Shown piece after piece: positions 18,481-27,415 of a stretch of DNA of 64,000 nt; position 1 is the first letter of the stretch, and each line of letters starts with the position of its first letter. The notes under the pieces are model-generated. The model worked only from the letters and a program-made list of their open reading frames with translations. It ran no database searches and was not told the origin of the DNA. The position numbers were made by a program, and so were the translations under genes. Source of the stretch: Patescibacteria group bacterium (GTDB lineage Bacteria > Patescibacteriota > Patescibacteriia > GWA2-46-9); contig JBAYUF010000001.1 in NCBI GenBank assembly GCA_041675205.1, positions 148,863 through 212,862 of the forward strand. Direction: 5' to 3'.

Positions 18481-18873
18481 ATGGATACAAAGCCAACAAC
18501 GAACGCAACCGGCTTACCTTCGCGTGAACAAACGGAAGCAGCCGCCAAACGAGCTGCGGCCATGCCGCCAAAGCCCATAGCACCACCAGTTATTCTTCCT
18601 GTCGTTGTACCTGTTCCAGCAACACCGAAACCTACACTACTCAAGCGACTCATCACCATTGTTCAGTTTCGGAAACAGCAGCGGAAAGAGCGAATGGTAC
18701 TATTGGCAGAAGAATTAAAATCGATAACAACCGAAGACGTTCGCCGACGTATTCGTATTACTAAAGTGACTGCTCGAAAATATCTTGAAGAGCTGGTACG
18801 AGAAGGTCGCCTAACGCGTCAAGGGAAGAAAGGTTCGTATACGTATTATTCCGTGACGGTAGGGAATAGTTGA
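18481..18873 (+). CDS. Pro-rich protein with C-terminal winged-helix DNA-binding-like domain
   Basis: C-terminal ITTEDVRRRIRITKVTARKYLEELVREGRLTRQGKKGSYTYYS resembles a wHTH. Confidence 0.4.
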   Translation: MDTKPTTNATGLPSREQTEAAAKRAAAMPPKPIAPPVILPVVVPVPATPKPTLLKRLITIVQFRKQQRKERMVLLAEELKSITTEDVRRRIRITKVTARKYLEELVREGRLTRQGKKGSYTYYSVTVGNS

Positions 18874-18883
18874 GGTGATTTGA

Positions 18884-20116
18884 TTAAAGCTGTTTGGTGA
18901 GCTGAGTTAAAATAGTATTTCGTTCGGTCATGCTTCGGGCGTGCATGATGACAATGATGCTGCCGTTAACTTTCAAAGAAACACAACGCTGGGCTTCAAC
19001 AAGAAAGCCTGTTTTTGCGGCTTCTGCGCCGTACGTACGCAGACTGTAATTTCTGTCAGCAACTGTAATTTTTCGTGACGGTGCATTTTGGGTATTGATG
19101 ATGTACGTGCCGGTGTTGCTCGGTGCGGCAATGTCGGCATTCGCAAATGCCGCCTCAGCAATGAGTGCCATTTCATACGGGGTTGTTACATTTTCTGCGC
19201 TGAGTCCTGTTGGGTCGAAAAATTCACTTTGGGTTAACCCTAGCTGTTTGATTTTTGCATTCATGGCGGCAATAAATTCATTCCGCGTCAGGCCGGAGCT
19301 GTCAACGAGCGCAATGGTGGCTTGGTTTGATGAAGCAATCAGCATGGCCCACCATAAATCACGCTTGGTAAGAACGTCACCAACCTTTAAATTCACTTCG
19401 CTTGTTGTGTCGTCGCCAACAACAGAGATTGGATAGCTGAGGTGAAACTGCGTTACTGCCACTGTGTCGTCCCACTTACTTGCAATGCCGTGGTCTATTA
19501 AAACAAGGGCTGTTAGCAACTTTGTCATTGAAGCCGGCGGCAAGCGGTGCTGCGCGTCGCTGCCAGTCAGAAGTGTCCCGTTTACCACCTTTGCATACGC
19601 AACACTGTTGAACGCTGTGTCAGGCACGAGTTGATTCGGTGAGGTTGGGATAGTAGCGAGGTCAGTGTTTTTAATACCTAATGCTTTGGCACGCATGAGC
19701 TCGTACGCCGCTGTGCCGTCTTTGAGATAGGTGCGGCGACCATCCAGCGGGTTTACGTACCACGCTTCGCCGTTCTGCTCGACGTCTAAAAGTATTCGCC
19801 CAGCCAAGCGCGAGCCGAGGATAGTTTGGCGTGTGGGTTCTGTGTCTGTTGGGATAGTTGCGAGGTTACTGGACGAAATGCCAAGGCCAAGTGTACGCAT
19901 TAATTGGTAGGCGGTTTCGCCATTTTTTAGGTAGTAGCGAGTGCTCGTAAGCGGTTCTATGTACCACGCACGGCCGTAGCTTTCGACCTGCAACACAATT
20001 CGACCAGCGAGGCGGACGTTGAGCGGTACACTAGATGGTGCGGCCGCATGGACAGAGGTGGCAGGAAAAGTTAAAAAAAGTAGTACGCTTAAAAATAGAA
20101 GTTTCTTTTTCATCAT
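18884..20116 (-). CDS. D-alanyl-D-alanine carboxypeptidase (S11/PBP5-like) with two N-terminal GEAWY repeat modules
   Basis: Signal peptide. SxxK PPASMTKLLT, SxN SSNQAT, KTG AKTGF. Two ~55-aa repeats ...GRAWYIEP.../...GEAWYVNP... at the N-terminus. Confidence 0.8.
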   Translation of the reverse strand: MMKKKLLFLSVLLFLTFPATSVHAAAPSSVPLNVRLAGRIVLQVESYGRAWYIEPLTSTRYYLKNGETAYQLMRTLGLGISSSNLATIPTDTEPTRQTILGSRLAGRILLDVEQNGEAWYVNPLDGRRTYLKDGTAAYELMRAKALGIKNTDLATIPTSPNQLVPDTAFNSVAYAKVVNGTLLTGSDAQHRLPPASMTKLLTALVLIDHGIASKWDDTVAVTQFHLSYPISVVGDDTTSEVNLKVGDVLTKRDLWWAMLIASSNQATIALVDSSGLTRNEFIAAMNAKIKQLGLTQSEFFDPTGLSAENVTTPYEMALIAEAAFANADIAAPSNTGTYIINTQNAPSRKITVADRNYSLRTYGAEAAKTGFLVEAQRCVSLKVNGSIIVIMHARSMTERNTILTQLTKQL

Positions 20117-20179
20117 AGGAATACAGTATACTGCTGTAAGTAAGCAATACGCTATACGCTGTATGCTATACGGAATAAA

Positions 20180-21022
20180 TTGAACGTTGAGCATATGAAA
20201 GCATACAAAAAAGAGTTAGAAGTGTGTTTTAGTTTGGTGCCATATTTGCACCGAACACTGCTCAGGCATTACAAACGTGGTGTACGAGGATTAGCATATA
20301 AACCGAATGGCAGCGAAGTAACGGCAACTGATCACGCCCTTGAGCGAACGGTTACGAAAGTGTTGCGGCAGCACTTTCCAAAGGATCAAATAAACGGTGA
20401 AGAATTTGGCGTTACTGGCGGCAATTCAAAAAGGGTGTGGGTGATTGACCCCTTAGACGGCACGGCACAGTTCGTGGCCGGTACGGGAAATTTTTGCAGC
20501 ATGATTGGACTGGTTGAGAATGGTCAGCCAGTGCTTGGGTTCATTCATTTACCAAACAGCAACGAAACGTATTATGCCACCCGTGGCGGCGGGGCATACA
20601 TGCGAAAGAGGGGAGTAACAAGAAAATTGGCTCTGCGACAGGTGCCCGACATAGAGGTAGCAAGATTTAGCGGGCCGAGTGACTGGAATAAAGCCACTAT
20701 ACTTCGGCAAAAGGTTGCAAAAGCGATAGGGTTACCACAGTCACATTATCGTGCCATTGGGAGCATTGGGGTTGAGCACTGTATGGTGGCCAGCCATCAA
20801 CTGGACGTTGTTCTTACAACTCACCCACAGCTTGGCCCGTGGGACGTTGTGCCGTGTGAGGTAATTATTACTGAAGCGGGTGGAACGGTAACTGATTTGT
20901 CGGGCAAGGTAGTGCGGCCCAACGGAACAGCGCGTGTATATAATCGCGGCATTCTTTCCACTTCGACTATAGTACATAAACAAATTTTGAAACGATTACG
21001 AAAAGCAGGCTATAAGCAGTAG
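20180..21022 (+). CDS. inositol monophosphatase family protein (SuhB/CysQ/HisN-like)
   Basis: WVIDPLDGT and GTGNF motifs, WDVVPCEVIITEAGG. Alternative start ATG 20195. Confidence 0.8.
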   Translation: MNVEHMKAYKKELEVCFSLVPYLHRTLLRHYKRGVRGLAYKPNGSEVTATDHALERTVTKVLRQHFPKDQINGEEFGVTGGNSKRVWVIDPLDGTAQFVAGTGNFCSMIGLVENGQPVLGFIHLPNSNETYYATRGGGAYMRKRGVTRKLALRQVPDIEVARFSGPSDWNKATILRQKVAKAIGLPQSHYRAIGSIGVEHCMVASHQLDVVLTTHPQLGPWDVVPCEVIITEAGGTVTDLSGKVVRPNGTARVYNRGILSTSTIVHKQILKRLRKAGYKQ

Positions 21023-21149
21023 TTTGTTTTAATGCTTGACCACTTCAAGCAGGAGCAGTAAGGTTTGCACGATTCGAAATATAACTACGCCTTGCAGTTG
21101 CAGCGTAGAGATGCCGCTCTAACGAGAGCGTTCAATGGAGGACGGATCA

Positions 21150-22243
21150 TGGATCGTTTACAAATCGGTGACTGGCTATGGCGAAGGGTGGTGCAGCCGA
21201 GGTTGTTCGCATGTGACGCGGAAGAAGCACACGCGCGAACCATTGAGTTGCTGCAGCGAATGCAAGATTCGCGTCAGCTTTGGCTGCTCCGTGCACTCTA
21301 CCAGAGTCCGCACGTGGACCAACCGGTAAACATCGGCGGCGCGCAGTGGCGGTGTCCGGTCGGCGTTGCCGCTGGGTTAGACAAGCAGGGTGAAGTCGTC
21401 CCGGCGCTTGATGCGCTGGGGGTTGGTGCCATCGAGGTCGGCACTGTCGTGCCAGAGCAACAAGACGGCAACCCGAGGCCGCGGGTGTTTCGCTACCCGC
21501 AGTTTCGGGCGTTGACAAACAGGTACGGCTTCAACTCCGTGGGTGTGGAGCAGTTCGCGTTGAATCTGCAGAAGGGAATGCGTTGCAATCCCAAGGCTTC
21601 AATTGGGGTGTCGATTGGGAAGAACAAGGCGACGCCCGATGATCGAGCCATTGACGACTATGTCAAAGTTCTGGCTCATATCTTGCCGCTGCTGCGCGAG
21701 GGCGACTACATCGTTGTGAACATTTCGAGCCCGAACACGCCTGGGCTGCGAGATATCTTCTTGCGCTTGTATTCATTTCTCGGTCAGTTCATGGACCAGG
21801 CCGAGCAAGTTGCATTTCAGTTGGGGGTACGTATGCCGCCGGTGCACTTGAAACTACCACCTGACTGGGCTGGCGACATGGCGGCTGATGTCGAGGCGGC
21901 AGTGATGGCAGCGGCCAAGTCGGGGATTCGTGCTATTCAGGCAACCAACACGACCACAGACGAAGCCATGAAGCGGCGGTTGGGTATCATCGAAGCTGGT
22001 GGCCTATCGGGGGCACCACTGCTCGAGCCTTCGAATCGCGTGCTCGAGGTTTGCGCCTATGTCAGGCGGAGGCACGCCCTGGATATTGGGCTGGTCGGGA
22101 TTGGCGGCGTTGAATCGGGGAGCATCGCGCTTGCCAAGATTGGGCTCGGTGCGGACGCTGTGCAGCTTTACAGCGGGTTGGTCTACCGTGGTCCGGGCTT
22201 GGTGCATGAGATTCTGAAGGCTTTCGCTCGTCGGGTAGGCTAG
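21150..22243 (+). CDS. pyrD: dihydroorotate dehydrogenase (quinone), class 2
   Basis: GGAGGA-N6-ATG at 21150. N-terminal membrane-association helix. GVAAGLDK, NRYGFNSVG, NISSPNTPGLR, GIGGV. GC-rich. Confidence 0.85.
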
Positions 22244-22260
22244 TTTGGGTGTGGTATGCG

Positions 22261-22335
22261 GGGGCGGTCGTTTGGAGGAACGACTGCCCCTAGTTTTTTT
22301 AAAATAAAAAAACCGCCCATCGGCGGATTTGTAGC
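22261..22335. terminator. two back-to-back terminators (one per strand)
   Basis: GGGGCGGTCG...CGACTGCCCC plus TAGTTTTTTT for pyrD. AAAAAAACCGCC-catc-GGCGGATTT read from the minus strand for the cold-shock gene. Confidence 0.5.
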
Positions 22336-22411
22336 AAAATTTTTTAGGTAGTGGGGAAGGCGGTAAGACCTTCCCGCGGAAAACTTTTTCCTGCTTACCC
22401 AGGTTTTTGAT

Positions 22412-22912
22412 TCACCTCCTGCGGATGCTGATTCCGGTCGGTATCGGGCCTTTGCCGGGAATCTCCGGCTGTTCGCTGCCAGTTTCGCCTTCGTGACATT
22501 CGACCCTGAAGAGCTCCCCCGTACTTTCACGGAAGACGACAACAATCCAGTTGCCGTAGTTCTCGCTGTTGAAGTCGCACGCGTAGCAGTCATCGGCCTG
22601 GACGCTGTGGGGGTTAATCCACGGAATGTCTTCCAGGTCGACGATCAGTTCCTCGCCTTTCTTGAACCGTGGCGGAACTTCCGTGGCGTAGGCCCACCGT
22701 TTGGCCTTCTGCCGGCCGCCGTGCCCGTTTGCGACCGTGAACGCGATACGGTCGTCCTTCATGGGCACCTTCATCGACCGAGCGCGCGGGGCTTCGGGGT
22801 GCCGGTAATCGTTCTCGTGGAAGAAGATTTGTTCCACTTCTCCCGTGACCCGCACGAACCCGAAGCGTTTGTCGGTGCGGTCGTCAAAGCGCACAATGGT
22901 GCCGTACCTCAT
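22412..22912 (-). CDS. cold-shock-domain protein with C-terminal extension of unknown function
   Basis: AAGGAGAG upstream of ATG (complement of 22910-22912). N-terminus GTIVRFDDRTDKRFGFVRV...IFFHEND resembles a CSD. Confidence 0.5.
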   Translation of the reverse strand: MRYGTIVRFDDRTDKRFGFVRVTGEVEQIFFHENDYRHPEAPRARSMKVPMKDDRIAFTVANGHGGRQKAKRWAYATEVPPRFKKGEELIVDLEDIPWINPHSVQADDCYACDFNSENYGNWIVVVFRESTGELFRVECHEGETGSEQPEIPGKGPIPTGISIRRR

Positions 22913-23404
22913 TTCACTCTCCTTGTCCTGGTTGGTTGTGGTTTGCCTTCCTGTTCCTCTAATACTCCCCAAAAAGGACTCAGCAATGTAGCAATAAATT
23001 GCTGCCATGTCAATGGTTCCTCGTTTGACAATTACTCAGTAAACCTGTACCTTTCTTCTATCGAAACGCCCCAACCGGCGTTTTCGTGTATTTCCGAGAG
23101 AAGGAGAAAGATAACGGATGGATGAGTTGGATGGAGTCGTTGACGAAGACGACAGTGTGAGTCTGCTTGATGAAGTAACTGAGGCGCATTTGCGGCACCC
23201 CCTCGCTCGCGAGGTTTTCGACAGGTGCCACATGCGCATTGCAGTTGGCCCCGGCAGGTGGCGGATACCGCGCCCGGTGGCAGAGACCATCAAGGCCTGC
23301 GGCCAGTAGCTGACCACAGTCAATGGTAACATGGGGGTCCGCACGCAATGCCGTCGCGGACCCTCACTTCTTCTGCTATACTTTCTGAAACTTATAGAAA
23401 AGCC

Positions 23405-24391
23405 ATGATTTATTTTTGGATACTCGTGTTTGTGCTGTCAGTAGGTGCGCTCATAAAAGGTGCTGACTGGTTTACGGTGAGCGCTGAGCGAATCGGACTT
23501 GCGCTGGGGCTCACCCCGTTTATTGTTGGTGTTACAATTGTCGGCGCCGGAACATCGTTTCCAGAACTCATTTCATCTATGGCCGGTGCGCTGCGCGGTG
23601 TAACTGATATTGTTGCCGCAAATGTGATTGGTTCAAATATTGCTAACATTTTGCTCATTGTTGGATTGGCGTCTGTCTTTGCCAAGAAATTGACTGTCTC
23701 AAAAAATCTCATTGATTTAGATATACCGCTTTTGGCAGCCAGCACCGCCTTGCTGTTAGGCGTGGTCTGGGACCAAACAGTAACGTTTGGCGAGGGAGTG
23801 CTGCTTGTGATTGTCTACTGTGTATACTTAACGTATACCGTTGTTCACGTTGATGACGAGGTAGAGGTGGCAGTGCTGCCGTCGAGAGTGACCCGACGGG
23901 AACACATTGTGCAGCCGCAGCAACTTGTTACAGTCCGCCCGACATTACGGTTTTTTGATATCGGGATGCTCGTTCTTGGCCTGCTTGTACTTATTGTGAG
24001 CGCCAAGTACTTAATCGATTCACTTATTGCGCTTTCGTCTCTCACTGGCATTGCGGTTGGTGTTATTTCAATTACGGCTGTGGCGGTAGGCACATCACTT
24101 CCAGAGCTCATCGTTTCGTTGCGTGCGGCGATGCGTGGTAAAACAGAGGTTGCCCTTGGTAATATTTTTGGTTCAAACGTATTTAATGGGCTTATTGTTC
24201 TTGGATTCCCTGGTTTGTTCCGTCAGCTACACGTTGATGATCAGACGTTTATGATTGGTGTGCCGACGTTAATCGTTGCGACACTGCTTTTTGTTATTTC
24301 CGGTATCTCACGCAGAATTCATATGTGGGAAGGTGCCTTTTTTGTTGCTATCTACGTGCTTTTTGTGTCAAAACTCTTTGGCTGGCTGTAA
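23405..24391 (+). CDS. Ca2+/cation antiporter (CaCA, YrbG-like)
   Basis: Two alpha-repeats GTSFPELISSMAGALRG and GTSLPELIVSLRAAMRG. About 10 TM helices. Confidence 0.8.
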   Translation: MIYFWILVFVLSVGALIKGADWFTVSAERIGLALGLTPFIVGVTIVGAGTSFPELISSMAGALRGVTDIVAANVIGSNIANILLIVGLASVFAKKLTVSKNLIDLDIPLLAASTALLLGVVWDQTVTFGEGVLLVIVYCVYLTYTVVHVDDEVEVAVLPSRVTRREHIVQPQQLVTVRPTLRFFDIGMLVLGLLVLIVSAKYLIDSLIALSSLTGIAVGVISITAVAVGTSLPELIVSLRAAMRGKTEVALGNIFGSNVFNGLIVLGFPGLFRQLHVDDQTFMIGVPTLIVATLLFVISGISRRIHMWEGAFFVAIYVLFVSKLFGWL

Positions 24392-24400
24392 AAGAAACGA

Positions 24401-24955
24401 ATGTTTTTTCACCGGTATCACTGGCAGTATAAAAATACAACATTGCTTGTGGCAAGTTTAGTGCTTCTGTTCCTCTTTATCGACACACCTGCAGTAACGG
24501 TATTTATACAGCGATTGAATTCATACGGTGAGCTTGGTGCGTTCATCACCGGCATTTTTTTTGTTTCTACATTTACCGTGGCGCCAGCAGTGATTGTTCT
24601 CTATAACCTTCTCGATGTTTTGCAGCCACTAGAAGTCGCCCTCTTTGCGGGCATAGGCAGCGTTGTCGGGGATTACATAATTTTTCGTTTCTTTAAAGAT
24701 CACATTCTTGAAGAGTTGGCACCACTTTTCCTCCGTTTCGGCGGTACTCATTTTTCTCGACTCATGGCAACGCCGTACTTCGGTTGGCTCGCCCCTGTGG
24801 TTGGTGCACTCGTCATTGCCTCACCCTTGCCAGATGAACTGGGCATTACGTTACTTGGCATAGCTCGACTACGGAATTGGCAGTTCGTTGTATTGTCGTT
24901 CATCTTCAATTTTGCTGGTATTTTTGCTATAGTAAGTCTGCACGAACTTATTTAA
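24401..24955 (+). CDS. membrane protein, unknown function
   Basis: 184 aa, 4-5 TM helices. Confidence 0.5.
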   Translation: MFFHRYHWQYKNTTLLVASLVLLFLFIDTPAVTVFIQRLNSYGELGAFITGIFFVSTFTVAPAVIVLYNLLDVLQPLEVALFAGIGSVVGDYIIFRFFKDHILEELAPLFLRFGGTHFSRLMATPYFGWLAPVVGALVIASPLPDELGITLLGIARLRNWQFVVLSFIFNFAGIFAIVSLHELI

Positions 24956-24970
24956 TGTTACTTTGAATAC

Positions 24971-25357
24971 ATGGAGATGCTTGTTGTTGCTGGTCGCGTT
25001 CTGTTTGGTGGCTACTTTCTCATGATGGCGCTCAATCATTTTAAGAATCGAGCTATGATGGTGGGCTACGCCGCTTCAAAGGGTGTGCCACAAGCCAGCG
25101 TCGCAGTTGTAGGAAGTGGCATATTACTATTACTCGGCGGTATCTACATCGTGTTTGGTTTCTACATTCCAGCCGCAGTTCTGTTTTTAACGTTGTTCCT
25201 TGTGCCGGTATCGTTCAAGATGCATGCTTTCTGGGCAGTAACTGACCCACAAATGAAAATGGCAGAGCAGGTGAACTTTATGAAGAATATGGCGCTTCTT
25301 GGCGCAGTGTGGATGATGTTGGCGATTCCACAGCCGTGGGTGCCGGGCATCATGTAA
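24971..25357 (+). CDS. DoxX family membrane protein
   Basis: RVLFGGYFLMMALNHF... four TM helices, DoxX-like. Confidence 0.6.
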   Translation: MEMLVVAGRVLFGGYFLMMALNHFKNRAMMVGYAASKGVPQASVAVVGSGILLLLGGIYIVFGFYIPAAVLFLTLFLVPVSFKMHAFWAVTDPQMKMAEQVNFMKNMALLGAVWMMLAIPQPWVPGIM

Positions 25358-25375
25358 GATTGTTTCTGTTATGAA

Positions 25376-25409
25376 GAAGCGTCCGCCATACGGCGGACGC
25401 TTTTATTTT
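25376..25409 (+). terminator. rho-independent terminator
   Basis: AGCGTCCGCC-atac-GGCGGACGCT then TTTTATTTT. Confidence 0.6.
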
Positions 25410-25444
25410 GCTATACTGTACGTATAAATTATTAACGTGAACGT

Positions 25445-25951
25445 ATGAAAATTCCTTCTCAGTTCCCGCAGTTTACTGATGTAGCAGCATTACTCATTGT
25501 AACAGGGAAACAAGGAGCGGAATTTTATCTGGGTCACAGTGGTGAACTTGTGGAAGCTGGTGCTTTCGATGTTCCTGCCGCGAAGTATTCAGACAAGGAA
25601 GGATTTTTTGCCGGTCGGGGTGGGGCAAGTGGTTCTGTGAAAGAGGTCGACAAGGCTGGCCACACGAAAGAATTTTTGAAACGGCTGGAAACGGAATTAA
25701 AGAAAATGATTAGCAGTCGCCGCAAAATGAGTGTGTATGTATACGCACCGGAATATCTCATGCGTCAGGTGAAGACCTTGGTGAAGAAATTGGCAGGGGA
25801 GAGTTACGCTATGTCGTTTACTGGTAACTATTTAAAAACGCACCCCAAGAAGCTTCTTGAGATGCTTGAAGTGCGAGTTGAACGGAAGGCGGCAAAGAAA
25901 AAAGTTGTTAGCACGAGCAAAGAAGCGGCGAAGATGTTGAAGAAGCGGTAG
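25445..25951 (+). CDS. hypothetical protein with Lys-rich C-terminus
   Basis: 168-aa ORF. No family recognised. Confidence 0.45.
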   Translation: MKIPSQFPQFTDVAALLIVTGKQGAEFYLGHSGELVEAGAFDVPAAKYSDKEGFFAGRGGASGSVKEVDKAGHTKEFLKRLETELKKMISSRRKMSVYVYAPEYLMRQVKTLVKKLAGESYAMSFTGNYLKTHPKKLLEMLEVRVERKAAKKKVVSTSKEAAKMLKKR

Positions 25952-26028
25952 GTTAGTTTTGGGGTCGAGGGGCGAACGTCGGTTGACGCTCGCCCCTCGC
26001 TTCGTTCGAACCGACTCGGTGTTTCCGC

Positions 26029-26397
26029 TTAGGCTGCCAGGGCTTGGCAGGAGAGCAGGAGATTGTACGGGTGTCGCTGTTTGTAGAGGTGCGCGGCAAC
26101 GTAGCTAGCCGCTTCTGCTGCAGGGGCTTTCACCCGAATCGTTTGTGTGTGTGCCTCTCCTTCATCGGAGAATACGAGCAGTACATCAAACGTCGGACGT
26201 GAAGGATCCACCTTCATTGTTGTCACCGCTACGTGTGCTTGAGCCGGAAGCTCGCACTCTGCGAGGAGCCAGAGCTCTGCTTCTGCATCGGCACCACCTG
26301 CGTTTTCGGCATAGACCAGGTAGGTGTGGCCGACTGTCACTTGTCCTTGGCACCTGGCCGAGGCCACAACTATGAATTGTTGGTATATTCTGTCCAT
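26029..26397 (-). CDS. hypothetical protein (GC-rich)
   Basis: AAGGAGG-N7-ATG on the minus strand. Second gene of a two-gene GC-rich unit. Confidence 0.45.
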   Translation of the reverse strand: MDRIYQQFIVVASARCQGQVTVGHTYLVYAENAGGADAEAELWLLAECELPAQAHVAVTTMKVDPSRPTFDVLLVFSDEGEAHTQTIRVKAPAAEAASYVAAHLYKQRHPYNLLLSCQALAA

Positions 26398-26428
26398 CGC
26401 GTTGCCTCCTTTGGCGTTCGTCCGCAAG

Positions 26429-26695
26429 CTAGTCTAGCTGTCTTGCCGGTTCCATTTCTACGAACAGGTGCTCATGCCTCCCCATGAGTCGATTGTAACG
26501 CACTCGAGCGTTGCGTTCGGCATTCACGGCACTTACAGCCGTCGTTTGGAAGGTAATTGCCTTGCCCGCGTGGCGACATGGCTCTGTAACTTTCACCTCG
26601 AAGCGGTGTCTTTCTCGTTTGGCCTTTTCTGTGGCCGTGGTTGTAGTTGTTGCTGCCTTGAGCGGCAGCGTGAGTTGCAAAACTTGTGCTGCCAT
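26429..26695 (-). CDS. hypothetical small protein (GC-rich)
   Basis: AAGGAGG-N5-ATG on the minus strand. Lies 31 nt upstream of the next minus-strand gene. Confidence 0.4.
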   Translation of the reverse strand: MAAQVLQLTLPLKAATTTTTATEKAKRERHRFEVKVTEPCRHAGKAITFQTTAVSAVNAERNARVRYNRLMGRHEHLFVEMEPARQLD

Positions 26696-27101
26696 TGGTC
26701 CTCCTTCGGCACCCACGCCAAGTTGTCAAAGATACCGAAAACGTATTCCTTTTGCGGTTTGGTGGCAAGTGGTTGACGGAATGATTGGGAGAATAATAAT
26801 TGGGTTCAGTCCCATCAACCGATAGTGGTTGTCTCTAATCAGGAGGAACATTTTTTTCTACGAGTTTTGAATAATCTTACTTCATGTTGGATAAGACCGT
26901 TGGCTATTAGAAATCGCCAAAAAATCTAACCCGATGCGGGTGGGTAAGCTACTGGGGGCGTTGGTTTTGTTCGGAAGCCGAGGCCTTAGCTGCAGGTTGG
27001 CGGAAAGCAAAAAATTGTCCGTAGTAATTGATCTTTTTGCAGTTGTCTCTTTGAGTTAGTTGAGTTTTGCACATGAAACGGTATGGAGGTAAACTATCCA
27101 G

Positions 27102-27392
27102 ATGGACGATCAAAAGAAAGACGAAGGCACGGAGGGCAAGCTCATGTTTATTAAAGAAATCGCTAAATATTTTAGGGATTTTCTTGAGACAGATTTTTAT
27201 AAATATAAATTTCAAAAACGCGCCGGCCAGCTGAAAAATGAGGACGGTGTGCTTATGGGTTTCAATCTTCAAAAGTATCTATCGTTTAGGGCTTCAATAT
27301 CGCAGCTCGTTAACGCGGATTGTGATAAAAACTTTTTTAATAAACTGGAAAAAGTAGTTTATAAAACAAATGAGGGCTACTTTATTTTTTGA
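27102..27392 (+). CDS. small hypothetical protein, first ORF of the AT-rich defense-like cassette
   Basis: 96-aa AT-rich ORF ending about 24 nt before the OLD-family gene. Confidence 0.4.
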   Translation: MDDQKKDEGTEGKLMFIKEIAKYFRDFLETDFYKYKFQKRAGQLKNEDGVLMGFNLQKYLSFRASISQLVNADCDKNFFNKLEKVVYKTNEGYFIF

Positions 27393-27415
27393 GACTGCAT
27401 TCTGAATTAATTTTT

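Noticed and set aside
22493-23125. 210-aa plus-strand ORF
   Set aside because: It is antisense to the cold-shock-domain gene (22412-22912), which has an RBS and a terminator. It also has no RBS of its own and is a GC-rich shadow ORF.
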